A stretch of 64,000 nucleotides of DNA, taken from NCBI GenBank assembly GCA_964016885.1, contig OZ024744.1, positions 1 to 64,000 on the forward strand, given 5' to 3'. Each line of letters opens with the position of its first letter. The stretch's first letter is position 1. The notes under the pieces are model-generated. The model was not told the DNA's origin. It worked only from the letters and a program-made list of their open reading frames with translations, and made no database searches. Source of the DNA: Eledone cirrhosa. Lineage: Eukaryota. The position numbers and the translations under genes are program-made. Shown piece by piece: positions 39,101 through 50,900 of the stretch.

Positions 39101-42100
39101 ATGTGATGTGTAATATTGAATTGTGGACAGCTATATTGTAGTGTGGTATATTTTAGTGTGGTTTGGTATATTGTAGTGTGATGTGGTATATTGCAGTGTG
39201 GTGTAGAATGTTGTAGTGTGGTGTGGAATATTGTAGTGTGGTGTGATTTATTGTAGTGGGGTGTGGTATAATGTAGTGTGGTGTGATATATTGTAGTGTG
39301 GTACGGTACATTGCAGTGTGGTGTAGTATATTGTAGTAGGGTGTAGTATAATGCTGTATGGTGTGATATAGTGGAGTGTCGTGTCGTATAGTGTAGTATG
39401 GTGTGGTATATTGTAGTATAGTGTGATATATTGTGTTGTGAGTGTTATATTGTAGTCGGGTGTGGTATATAGTAGTTTGGTGTGATATATTGTAGTGTGG
39501 GGTATCATATATTGTATGATATAATGTATGATATAATGTAATGTGTTGTGATATATTTTAGTGCGTTATGGTATATTGTAGTGTAGTTTAATATAGTGTA
39601 GTGTGGTGTGGTATATTGTAGTGTGTTGTGATATAGTGTAGTGTAGCGTAATATTGTGTAGTGTTGTGTTCTATGATATATGATAATGAGGTGTGATATA
39701 TTGTAGTGTGGTGGCATATACTGCAGTGGGTTGTGATATATTGCAGTGTGGTGTGATATACTGTAGTATGGTGTGATATATAGTAGTATGATGTGATATA
39801 GTGTAGTGTTGTATGATATACTGTAGTGTGATATATTGTAACGTGGTGGGATATATTGCAGTGTGGTGTGATATAGTGTAGTGTGGTTTGATATATTGTA
39901 GTGTGGTGTGATATATTCTAGTGTGGTGTGGTATACTGTAATTTGGTGTGGTAAATTATAATGTGTCATGATATATTGTAGTTTGGTGTAGTATATTGAA
40001 GTGTGGTATGGTATATTGTAGTGTGGTGTGGTATATTGTAGTCTGGTGTGACATAGTGTAGTGTGGTGTGGTATATTGTAGTGTGGTGTGTTATATTGTA
40101 GTGTGGTGTGGTATAGTGTAGTCTGATGCGAAATAATGATTTGTCGTCTGCTATATTGTAGGATCGTATATTGTAGTGTGGTGTAGTATATTGTAGTGTG
40201 TTGTGATATTAAGCAGTGTGGTTTGGTATATTGTTGTGTGATGTGGTATATTGTAGTGTGGTGTAGTTTATTGAAGTGTGGTGTGGTATATGGTAGTGTG
40301 GTGTGATATCTTGTAGTGTGGTGTGGTATATTGATGTGTGGTGTGTTATAGTGTAGTGTGGTGTGTTATATATTAGTGTGGTTTGGTATATTGTAGTGTG
40401 GTGTAGTATATTGTAGTGGGGTGTAGTATATTGCAGTGTGGTGTGATACATTGTAGTGTGGTGTCGTATAGTGTAGTGTGGTGTGGTATATTGAAGTGTG
40501 GTGTGATATATTGTGGTGTGGTGTGTTATATTGTAGTGTGGCGTGGTATATTGTAGTGTGGTGTGATATAGTGTAGTGTGGTGTGGTATATTGAAGTGTG
40601 GTGTTATATATTGTGGTGTGGTGTGTTATATTGTAGTGTGGCGTGGTATATTGTAGTTTGTTGTGACATAGTGTAGTGTAGCGTAATACAGTGTAGTGGT
40701 GTGTGGTATAGTGTAGTGCGGTGTGATATATGGTAGTGGCGTGTGGTATGTTGTAGTGTGTGTGATATACTGTAGTGTGGTGTGATATATTGTAGTGTGG
40801 TGTGATATACTGTAGTGTGGTGTGATGTATACTAGTGTGATTGGATATAATGTAGTGTGGTGTGGTATATTGTAGTGTGATGTGGTATATTGTAGTGTGA
40901 TGTGGTTTATTGTAATGTGATGTGGTATAATGTAGTGCGGTGTGATATATTGTAGCGTGATGTTCATATATTCTAGTGTGGTCAGATATATTGTAGTGTC
41001 GTGTGGTATAGTGTGGTCTGATATATTGTAGTGTGGTGTGGTATAGTGTAGTGGGATATATTGTACTGTGGTTTGATATATTGTAGTGTGGTGTGGTATA
41101 TTGTAGTGTGGTGTGGCATATTGTAGCGAGGTGTGGTATATGGTCGTGTGATGTAATATAGTGTAGTGTGGTGTGGTATATTGTAGTGTGGTTTGATATA
41201 GTGTAGTGTGGAGTGGTATATTGTAGTGTGGTGGGATATATAGTAATGTGGTGTGGTATAATGTAGTGTGGTATGGTATATTGTAGTTGATGTGGTATAG
41301 TGTTGTGTTGTGTGGTATATTGTAGTGCTGTGTGATATATTGTAGTGTGATGTTATATATTGTAGTAAGGTGTGGTATATTTTAGTTTGGAGTGATACCG
41401 TGTAGTGTGGTGTGATATATTGTAGTGTGATGTGAAATTGTGCATTGCGATGCGATATATTGTAGTAGTTTGTCATATATTGTAGTGTGGTATATCGTAG
41501 TATGGTGTGATATACTGTAGTGTGGTATATTGTAGTGTGGTTTGATATATTTTAGTGTGGTGTGATATATTGTAGTATGGTGTGATATACTCTAATGTGG
41601 TTTGGTATATTATAATGTTGTGTGATATATTGTAGTTTGGTGTGGTATAGTGTAGTGTGGTGTGGTATACTGTAATGTGGCGTGTTATATTGTAGTGTGG
41701 TGTGGTATCGTGTAGTGTGATGTGAAATAATGTATTGTGGTCTGCTATATTGTAGTGTGGTATATTGTAGTGTGGTGTAGTATATTGTAGTGTGGTGTGA
41801 TATATTGTATTATGGTTTGGTATATTGTAGTGTGGTGTGATATATTGTAGTGTGGTGTGGTATATTGTAGTGTGGTGTGGTATAGTGTACTGTGATGTGG
41901 TATATAGTAGTGTGGTGTGGTATAATGTAGTGTGGTGTCGTATATTGTAGGCTGATGTGGTATATTGTTGTGTGGTGTGATACATTGTAGTGTAGTGTTG
42001 TATATTCTAGTGCGGTGTGATATATTGTAGTGTGATGTGATATATTGTAGTATGGTGTGGTGTATTGCAGTATGGTGTGATAGCGTGTAGTGTAGTGTGA

Positions 42101-42919
42101 GATATTGTAGTGTGATGTGATATAGTGTAGTGTGATGCGATACATTGTAGTAGGTTGTAATACATTGTAGTGTGGTATATTGTAGTGTGGTGTGCTATAC
42201 TGTAGTGTGGAGTGGTATATTGTAGTGTGGTGGGATATATAGTAATGGGGTGTGGTATATTGCAGTGTGGTATATTTTAGTGTGGTGTAGTATATTGTAG
42301 TGTGGTGTATTATATTGTAGTGGTGTGTGATAAAGTGTACTGAGGTTTCCTACAGCGTAGTGGTGTGTGGTATGATATAGTGTATTGTGATGTCGTATAT
42401 AGTACTGTGGTGTGGTATAATGTAGTGAGGTATGGTATATTGTAGTTGATGTGGTATAGTGTTGTGTTGTGTGGTATATTGTAGTGCTGTGTGATATATT
42501 GTAGTGTGATGTTATATATTGTAGTAAGGTGTGGTATATTTTAGTTTGGAGTGATACCGTGTAGTGTGGTGTGGTATAGTGTAGTGTGATTTGAAATAAT
42601 GTATTGTGGTCTGCTATATTGTAGTGTGGTATATTGCAGTGTGGTGTAGTATATTGTAGTGTGGTTTAGTATATTGTAGTTGGATGTGGTATATTGTAGT
42701 GTGGTGTAGTATATTGTAGTGGGGTGTAGTATATTGTAGTGTGGTGTGATATAGTGTAGTTTGGTCTCGTATAGTGTAGTGTGGTGTGGTATATTGTAGT
42801 ATGGTGTGATATATTGTGGTGTGATGTGTTATATTGTAGTGTGGTCTGATATATTGTAGTGTGATGTGGCATATTGCAGTGTGGTGTCGTATATTGTAGT
42901 GTGGTGTGGTATATTGTAC

Positions 42920-43279
42920 TGTAGAAGATCACGCCATCTAGCGTCGACCGTGAAGCCAGTCTATTACGTTCTGACCTCACGTTCTAACATCAGTTGCTGA
43001 GACTACAACACTCTGACCATGGCAGCTCGTAGACACATACGTGCTAATCTCCGTGCAGCTATCCACGCAGCGACATCACACCATGCGGTCGTGGCATAAT
43101 ACGATAATGAACCACTACCCAACATTGGAGCACTGATGTGTTAACCAGTATTATGATTTGCTTTAATTAAAATGTTCACGTAAAATAATCTTGAGGTATC
43201 TCCTTTTTTGTTTGATGATGTGCCAGCCAGTAAACAATAACCAATTAGACGGGATGACCGAGTGGCACCCCGCCTAAAA
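42920..43279 (+). repeat. 5' LTR (360 bp)
   Basis: TGTAGAAGATCACGCCATC...GCACCCCGCCTAAAA, colinear with 47627-47997. Confidence 0.92.
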
Positions 43280-43296
43280 GGGTGACGCTCGACGGT
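43280..43296 (+). promoter_or_regulatory. Degenerate primer-binding site, tRNA-Trp type
   Basis: GGGTGACGCTCGACGG directly after the 5' LTR resembles TGGTGACCCCGACGT, the complement of the tRNA-Trp 3' end. Confidence 0.65.
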
Positions 43297-43683
43297 TAAA
43301 TATGAAAGCGCAGCCTACTTAACTCCGCCATTCGTTTTTAAATTGAAAATTGTTCGTCTTACACAAAAAGAAAAAATGTTTTTCCAACATGCCTGACTGG
43401 CCAGCTAACATTCCCGCCCATTGTCTTTCTTCTTCAAATGCGGCCATCTGATTGGCTTAGCCTCATCACGCGACCATATTCTTGTTTTGGAAAAGAAATG
43501 CGACGCCATCTTGTTTGATATTTGCTAGCTTGTTCCACAGATTCTGCCTTTTGGATTTTCGCTGCTATTTCTTGTACTGTGACTGAACTTCTTTTGCTTG
43601 GGGAAACTTAATGGATATTTAGGGAAAACTGTACTGTTTTCCCGTCGTTTTGAACATTACTTACTTTTACTCGTCCATTGACG

Positions 43684-44465
43684 ATGAGTGGTCCTGGTTT
43701 GCCTGCGTTCTCAGGTGATACTAAGCTCTGGTTTGCGCAGCTCGACGCTTATTTTGCTGCCAACGAAGTAAAAACCGAGAAAAAGCTCAACTTTTTGATA
43801 AGTGGTATTCTTTCTTCACTCGCTGTAACAGTGAAAGATTTGATTATGCACCCGTCGGCAGATATTTCTTATGATTCATTGCGGGAAGAAATTCTTCGAA
43901 GGAACAGTCGTTCTGCTGAGAGCAGATTTCGTTCATTGTTGGAGGATGAGTGTCTAGGCGATAGGTCGCCCTCCAAATTTTTGCGCCACATTAGGGACCT
44001 CAGTGAATCGCCTCAACAGGAAAATTCTTTTATAAGAAACTAATTTTCTCTCGCCAGCCAAACAACGTCCAAATTATTTTGGTAAATATAGTAGACACCA
44101 GCTCTTTGGAGCAAATTGCTGCCACCGCGGATCGAATCGTGGAATTTTCTAAAAAGGCTACCGCCTAGGACTCGCGTACCGCTTCCTCTCATTTGAACCA
44201 GCCTGTCTCGACACGCGAGGATGCCGTGTTGAATGCTATTGACGCTTTGACGCAGCAAGTTGCTCGATTGTGCAGAGAGAATAGGCAGTATTCCCGGCGG
44301 CCTAGGAGTCGTTCGCGTTCTTTCGCGACTCCACGTCGGCGTACTACTTCGCCCGCCAGTAACCAATCATTGTGCTGGTATCATGCTACCTATGTGAATA
44401 AGGCAGATCATTGCCGGCCTCCGTGTAATTATTCGGCCGCGGGAAATGTGGACCAGAGTCAATAA
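43684..44465 (+). pseudogene. gag: Gypsy gag (frameshifted, internal stop)
   Basis: LPAFSGDTKLWFAQLDAYF N-terminus, LGDRSPSKFLRH, ADRIVE, a basic RPRSRSRS tract, and the CHCC knuckle CWYHATYVNKADHCRPPC. Confidence 0.88.
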
Positions 44466-44504
44466 AGGCGGCTAGTGAACTCTGTGATACAAAACGGAAC
44501 CGCC
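44441..44504 (+). promoter_or_regulatory. Candidate -1 programmed ribosomal frameshift signal (slippery heptamer + pseudoknot)
   Basis: G GGA AAT at 44441-44447 is in gag phase, and the -1 frame is open to the protease DTG. Stems CAGAGT/ACTCTG and GGCGG/CCGCC follow. Confidence 0.65.
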
Positions 44505-47264
44505 ATTTCTTCATTAAGGACCTCCTGTCTGGAAGAGCCTTCCTAGTGGACACAGGAGCTTCGTGCAGTATTTGTCCTGTTAATACTATGACAGTAACTC
44601 CTCCTGAGTCGTTGATCGAATTGCAAGCTGTCAACCAGTCAACAATCAGAACTTTTGGACAGATCTCGCTTCCTCTTAAATTCCGAAATCTTCGTCGGGA
44701 TTTCAAATGGTACTCACTGTTACTGATCTGCCATACCCGATTTTGGGCGCGGACTTCATGCACCATTTTTCTTTGACGGTGGACGTTCGTCACCAACGCC
44801 TGATTGACGATATTACTGGTTTTCTCTTCGTGGCAGGACGGCGAAATTTTCTACAATTAGCCCGACTTTCTTCATTGCTAACTCTGGAAACTTATATCAT
44901 GGACTGTTGAAATCGTTCCCGCAACTGACTCATGACATTTTTAAAGTCACTGATCCAGGCCACGCTACGGAACATTTTATTACTACAGTTGTCGATTGCC
45001 AGCGGACAAACAGAAAGAAGCACGGTCCGAGTTCGATCATATGCTACAGCTCGGAATTATTCGTCCTTCCACGAGTCCGTGGGCATCTCCATTACATATG
45101 GTGCCAACATCTTCTGGCGATTGGAGACCCACAGGAGATTATAGAAGATTGAACTTGATGACCGTACCGGATCGGTATCCTATCCCTCATTTGCAGGATT
45201 TTGCATCCTCGTTGCAAGGTTGAAACATTTTTTCGAAGCTCGATTTGATACGAGCCTATAACCAGATTCATGTCAATAGAGACGACATCCCGAAAACGGC
45301 TATAACTACGCCATTTGGATATTTCGAATTTCTCACCATGCCTTTCGGGTTAAGAAATGCTGCTAGCACCTTCCAGCGATTTATGGATGAGGTCACTCGT
45401 GGCCTCGACTTTGTATACACCTACATTGATGACCTTCTTGTTGCAAGATCTTCCCCAGAGCAGCATTTGCGCCATCTGGAACTTTTATTTTGTCGTTTAA
45501 AGAATTACAATGTTCGGATTAATCCGTCAAAATGTGTTTTGGGTTCCGAATCTTTGAATGTTTTGGGTCACGTCATTGACTCTAACTCTTTCAGGTATAG
45601 GTAGAATACCGTCAAAGCTATAGAGGATTTGCCTCCACCAACCTCACCTCGTCAGTTGCGCCAATTCTTGGGGCTGATTAATTTTTTATAGGCGGTTTGT
45701 GCCTAATAGTGCTAAGCTCCTTTTCTCCGCGACGGAAATTTTGAAAATTGTCGAAAGAAAAATAGAGACATTTCTTTGAATGAAATTCAGCTCCAGGATT
45801 TTGAGAGCTAATGCATATTTGCTAGCTCACCCAGTGTCCAACGCTAAGCTTACGCTTTGTGTTGATGCGTCGGATACTGCCGTGGGCGCGGTTTTGCAGC
45901 AAAATGGAAACGATCAACAGCAACCGTTGGAATTTTTCTCCAGGAAGCTGAAACCTGCCGAAACCCGCTACAGCACCTTTGGACAGGAGTTGCTAGCAAT
46001 ATATTTATCGCTGAAACATTTTTCATGAGGAAAGAACGTTTACTTGCAAGCAAAGGCAGACAAATACTCACCTAGAGAAAAGAGACATCTTGATCTCATC
46101 TCAGTTTACGAATGACATTCAACATATTCCGCGTTATATGAATACAGCGGCCGACGCCCTGTCTCGTTTACCGATTACTTCAATCTCGTCGCCCGATGAC
46201 ATAGATTTGAATCGCTTGGCAGCCGATCAGCCTACCCTAGAATTGTTGGATGTTACATCACCTGAATTTGTGAATTGCAGGATGAAATACCTACCTTTAC
46301 TGAGCGAAGACGGGTGGATCCAAATATGAGACGTGAAATTACTGTCTGGTGCCGTTCCTGTGTTGCTTACAAGAAATCGAAAGTTCATAGACATATTAAG
46401 ACACCTCTTGGTACCTTTAGTAACCCAGACGCACGGTTTGGCCACATTCATATGGACATCGTGGGACCTTGGCCCATCAGCGGTGGTTACAATTACTTAT
46501 TGACTGTAATCGATCGTTTTTCGCGATGGCTTGAAGCCATCCCCTTGAGGGATATCACTGCTGAGACCACAGCGCGTGCCCTTGTGTCTAGATGGATCGC
46601 TCGATATGGAGTACAAACTACGATTACAACGGACCGTGGAAGACAGTTTGAATCTAACCTCTTCCATGAATTGACGAAGATCATCGGCGCTAAACGCTTC
46701 CGAACTACAGCATATCATCCTGCCTCTAATGGAATGGTAGAGCGCTTCCACCGACAACTGAAAGCCGCTCTACGGACTTCTCCTGACTCTACGCGCTGGA
46801 GCGAGTACCTCCCTATTGTGTTGTTGGGGATTCAGTCAACAATAAAGGCCGAATAGTTATATGGTGCTCCTCTAGCGTTACCTGGGCAAATGCTTGCCCC
46901 TGTCGATTTTGCTGAACAAGATCCGCTTTCCTACGTATCCCGTCTGCGTTCTTATTTTCAGGACCTGCCGCCAATGGATACGAGGAAGCAAACTGTACAA
47001 TTTGCAGTCCCGAGGGATATTGCCTCGTGGAACCATGTGTTTGTGACAAACGATGCTGTGAAACCACCTCTTACACAACCATACTCTGGACCCTACCGTG
47101 TATTAGCTCGTTCAGAGAAACATTTCACTGTAGACATTAAGGGTTCCAGAGAGACGGTTTCGATTGATAGACTCAAACAAGCACATTTGGATACATATGT
47201 TATCGCACCTGATCCACAAACGCCCCCGTCATTTTCTCTCGCACACACACCTGCTTCTTTGTGA
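44441..47264 (+). pseudogene. pol: Gypsy pol (protease, RT, RNase H, integrase), disrupted
   Basis: PR: FLVDTGAS, PILGADF. RT: [46 protein letters not shown]. RNase H: VDASDTAVGAVL, FFSRKL, ELLAIY. IN: [35 protein letters not shown] motif PYSGPYRV. Confidence 0.95.
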
Positions 47265-47613
47265 ATCACCAAGATATAAGACTACGATCCGTTCCGCTCG
47301 GAGGGTTCATTGGCCAAAAAAAACTGTGTAGCAGGGTATATTTTTAAACTGCTATTGTGTGGTGCTTTAATCCTGTAGTGTCTTTTGGAACTTTTAGGAA
47401 ATTGTAATTACATCTCATTATATTGTTTTTTTTTTGTTTTTTTTTCGTTTCACGTTCTTGCATGGTTTTATAATATGTATTTTTGAAATCTGTTGTGCCC
47501 TTCATGCTCGGTTGGGCTGATTTCTCCTTGGGTTGGGAATTTTAATGGTTGCTAATCGGTTTTTCTACATACATGATTCGATGAACCGATTTTTATTTAA
47601 TTTTATAAAAATC

Positions 47614-47626
47614 TTGTGGGAAGCAA
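47614..47626 (+). promoter_or_regulatory. Polypurine tract (degenerate)
   Basis: TTGTGGGAAGCAA immediately precedes the TG of the 3' LTR. Confidence 0.55.
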
Positions 47627-47997
47627 TGTAGAAGATTACGCCATCTGGCGTCGACTGTGAAGCCAGTCGATTAACTGCCCTTAGTTCAGACGTCACGTTC
47701 TGAAGTCAGTTGCTGAGACGACAACACTCTGACCATGGCAGCTCGGAGACAACAGACGTGCTAGTCCCCGTGCAGTTGAACCACGCAGCGACATCACACC
47801 ATTTGGTCGTGGCATAATACGAAAATGAACCACTACCCAAACTTGGAGCACTGATGTGTTAACCAGTATTATGATTTGCTTTAATTAAAATGTTCACGTA
47901 ACATAATATTGAGGTCTGTTCTTTTTTGTTTGATGATGTGCCAGCCAGTAAACAATAACCCATAAGACGGGATGACCGACGAGCACCCCGCCTAAAA
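47627..47997 (+). repeat. 3' LTR (371 bp)
   Basis: TGTAGAAGATTACGCCATC...GCACCCCGCCTAAAA. Roughly 90% identical to the 5' LTR by eye, plus a ~9-bp indel. Confidence 0.92.
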
Positions 47998-50900
47998 TGG
48001 TGTGGTATATTGTAGTGTGGTGTGGTGGTGGGATATAATGTAGTGTGGTGTGGTATAGTCTAGTGTGGTGTGGTATATTGAAGTGCGGTGTAGTATAGTG
48101 TAATGTGGTGTGATATATTGTAGTGTGGTTTGATATATTGTAGTGTGGTATATTGTAGTGAGGTGTGGCATATGGTAGTGTGATGTGATATAGTGTAGTG
48201 TAGTGTGGTGTGATATAGTGTAGTGTGGTGTTATATATTGTTGTGCAGTGTGATATATTGTAGCGTGGTGGGATATATTGTAGTGTGGTGTGATATATTG
48301 TAGTGTGGTGCGGTATAGTGTGGTGGGAGATAGTGTGGTGGGAGATAGTGCAGTGTGGTGTGGTATAGTCTAGTGTGGTGTGGTATATGGTAGTACGGTG
48401 TAGTATACAGTAGTGTCGTGTGATATATTGAAGTGTGGTTGAGATATATTGTAGTGTGGTGTGGTATATTGTAGTGTGGTGTGGCATATTGTAGTGAGGT
48501 ATGGTATATGGTAGTGTGATGTGATATAGTGTAGTGTGGTGTGGTATACTGTAGTGTGGTGTAATATAGTGTAGTGTGGTGTGATATATTGTAGCGTAGT
48601 GAGATATATTGTAGTGTGGTGTGATATATTGTAGTGTGATGTGATATATTGTAGTGTGGTGTGGCATACTGTAGTGTAGTTTGATATAGGTTAGTGTGGG
48701 GTAGTATATTGTAGCGTGGTGGTATATATAGTAATGTGGTGTTTTATATTGTAGTGTGGTGTGGTATATTGTAGTGTGGTGTAGTATATTGTAGTGGGGT
48801 GTGATGAAGTGTAGTGTGGTGTGGTTTAGCGTAGTGTTGTGTAGTATATTGTAGCGTGGTGTGGTATATTGTAGTATGATGTGATATATAGTAGTGTGGT
48901 GTAGTATATTGTAGTGTGGTGTGGTATAGCGTAGTGTTGTGTAGTATATTGAAGCGGGGTATGATATAGTGTAGTGTGATGTGGTATATAGTAGTGTGGT
49001 GTGGTATAATGTAGTGTGGTATGGTTTAGTGTAGTGTGATGTGGTATATTGTAGTGTGGTGTGGTATATTGTAATGGGGTGTGTTAGAGTGTAGTATTGT
49101 GTGATATATTGTAGTGTGGTGTGTTATAATGTAGTGCGGTGTGATATATTGTAGTTTGATGTGATATATTCTAGTGTGGTGTGGTATATATTAGTTTGGT
49201 GTGATAGCGTGTAGTGTGGTGTGATATACTGTAGTGTGATGTGATATAGTGGTGTGTGATGTGATATATTGTAGTACGTTGTGATATAGTGTACTGTGGT
49301 GTGATATACTGCAGCGTGGTATATTGTAGTGTGGTGAGATATATTATAGTGTGGTGTGATATATTGTAGTGTGGTGTGGTGTGGTGTGGTATACTGTAAT
49401 GCAGTGTGGTATATTGTAGTGTGATGTGATATATTGTAGTCTGGAGTAGTATCCTGTGGTATATTGTATTGTGGTGTGATATATCGTAGTGTCGTGTGAT
49501 ATATTGTAGTGACGTGTGATATAGTGTAGTGTGGTGCTGTATATTGTAGTGTGGTGTGATATATTGTACTGTGGTGTGGTATAGTGTAGTGTAATATAGT
49601 TTAGTGTGGTGCGGTATATTGTAATGTGTTGTGATACAGTGTAGTGTAGTGTAACATAGTGCAGTGTGATATAATGTAGTGTGGTGTGTTATATTGTAGT
49701 GTGGTGTGGCATATTGTAGTGATGTGTGGTATATGGTAGTGTGGTGTGGTATAGTGTAGTGTGGTGTGATATACTGTAGTGTGGTGTTATATATTGTAGT
49801 GTGGTGTGATATAATGTAGTGTGGTGTGATATCTAGTATTGTGATATAGTGTTGTGTGGTGTGGTATATCGTAGTGTGATGTGGTATATTGTAGTGTGAT
49901 GTGGTATATCGCAGTGTGTTCTGATATAGTGTAGTGTGGTATGGTATAGTGTGGGGGGATATACTGTAGTGTGGTGTGGTATAGTCTAGTGTGGTGTGGT
50001 ATATTGTAGTGCGGTGTAGTATACTCTAGTGTGATGTGATATATTGTAGTGTGATGTGATGTATTGTAGTGTGGTGTGGCATACTGTAGTGTAGTTTGAT
50101 ATAGGTTAGTGTGGGGTGGTATATTGTAGTGTGGTGGTATATATAGTAATGTGGTGTTTTATATTGTAATGTGGTGTGGTATATTGTAGTGTGGTGTAGT
50201 ATATTGTAGTGGGGTGTGATAAAGTGTAGTGAGGTGTGGTATATTGTAGTGTGGTGTAGTATATTGTAGTGGGGTGTGATAAAGTGTAGTGTGGTGTGGT
50301 TTAGCGTAGTGTTTTGTAGTATATTGTAGCGTGGTTTGGTATATTGTAGTGTGATGTGATATATAGTAGTGTGGTGTAGTATATTGTAGTGTGGTGTGGT
50401 ATAGCGTAGTGTTGTGTAGTATATTGAAGCTTGGTGTGATATAGTGTAGTGTGATGTGGTATATAGTAGTGTGGTGTGCTATAATGTAGTGTGGTATGGT
50501 TTAGTGTAGTGTGATGTGGTATATTGTAGTGTGGTGAGATATATTAAAGTGTGGTGTGATATATTGTAGTGTGGTGTGGTGTGGTGTGGTATACTGTAAT
50601 GCGGTGTGGTATGTTGTAGTGTGATGTGATATATTGTAGTCTAGAGTAGTGTGCTGTGGGATATTGTATTGTGGTGTGGTACATTGTAGTGTGATGTGGT
50701 ATATAGTAGTGTGGTGTGATATATTGTAGTGTCGTGTGATATATTGTAGTGTCGTGTGATATAGTGTAGTGTGGTGTTGTATATTGTAGTGTGGTGTGAT
50801 ATATTGTAGTGTGGTGTGGCATACTGTAGTGATGTGTGGTATATGGTAATGTGGTGTGGTATAGTGTAGTGTGGTGTGATATACTGTAGTGTGGTGTTAT

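Larger units (their letters stand above)
11560..42919. repeat. G/T-rich pentamer-based satellite, 20-bp consensus ATATTGTAGTGTGGTGTG(G/A)T (left arm, interrupted by two SINEs)
   Basis: Continuous ATATT/ATAGT/ATACT-GTAGT-GTGGT-GTGGT/GTGAT units. 15- and 25-bp variants arise by pentamer loss or gain. C is rare on the + strand. Confidence 0.97.
42920..47997 (+). mobile_element. Two-LTR decayed Ty3/Gypsy retrotransposon, CsRn1/Kabuki-like lineage
   Basis: Two LTRs, a tRNA-Trp-like primer-binding site (PBS), gag with a CHCC knuckle, pol order PR-RT-RH-IN, and a polypurine tract (PPT) before the 3' LTR. Confidence 0.95.

Noticed and set aside
47554-47591. 8-bp inverted repeat AATCGGTT/AACCGATT upstream of the PPT
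   Set aside because: Short, with a long loop in AT-rich sequence. It could be chance without conservation data.
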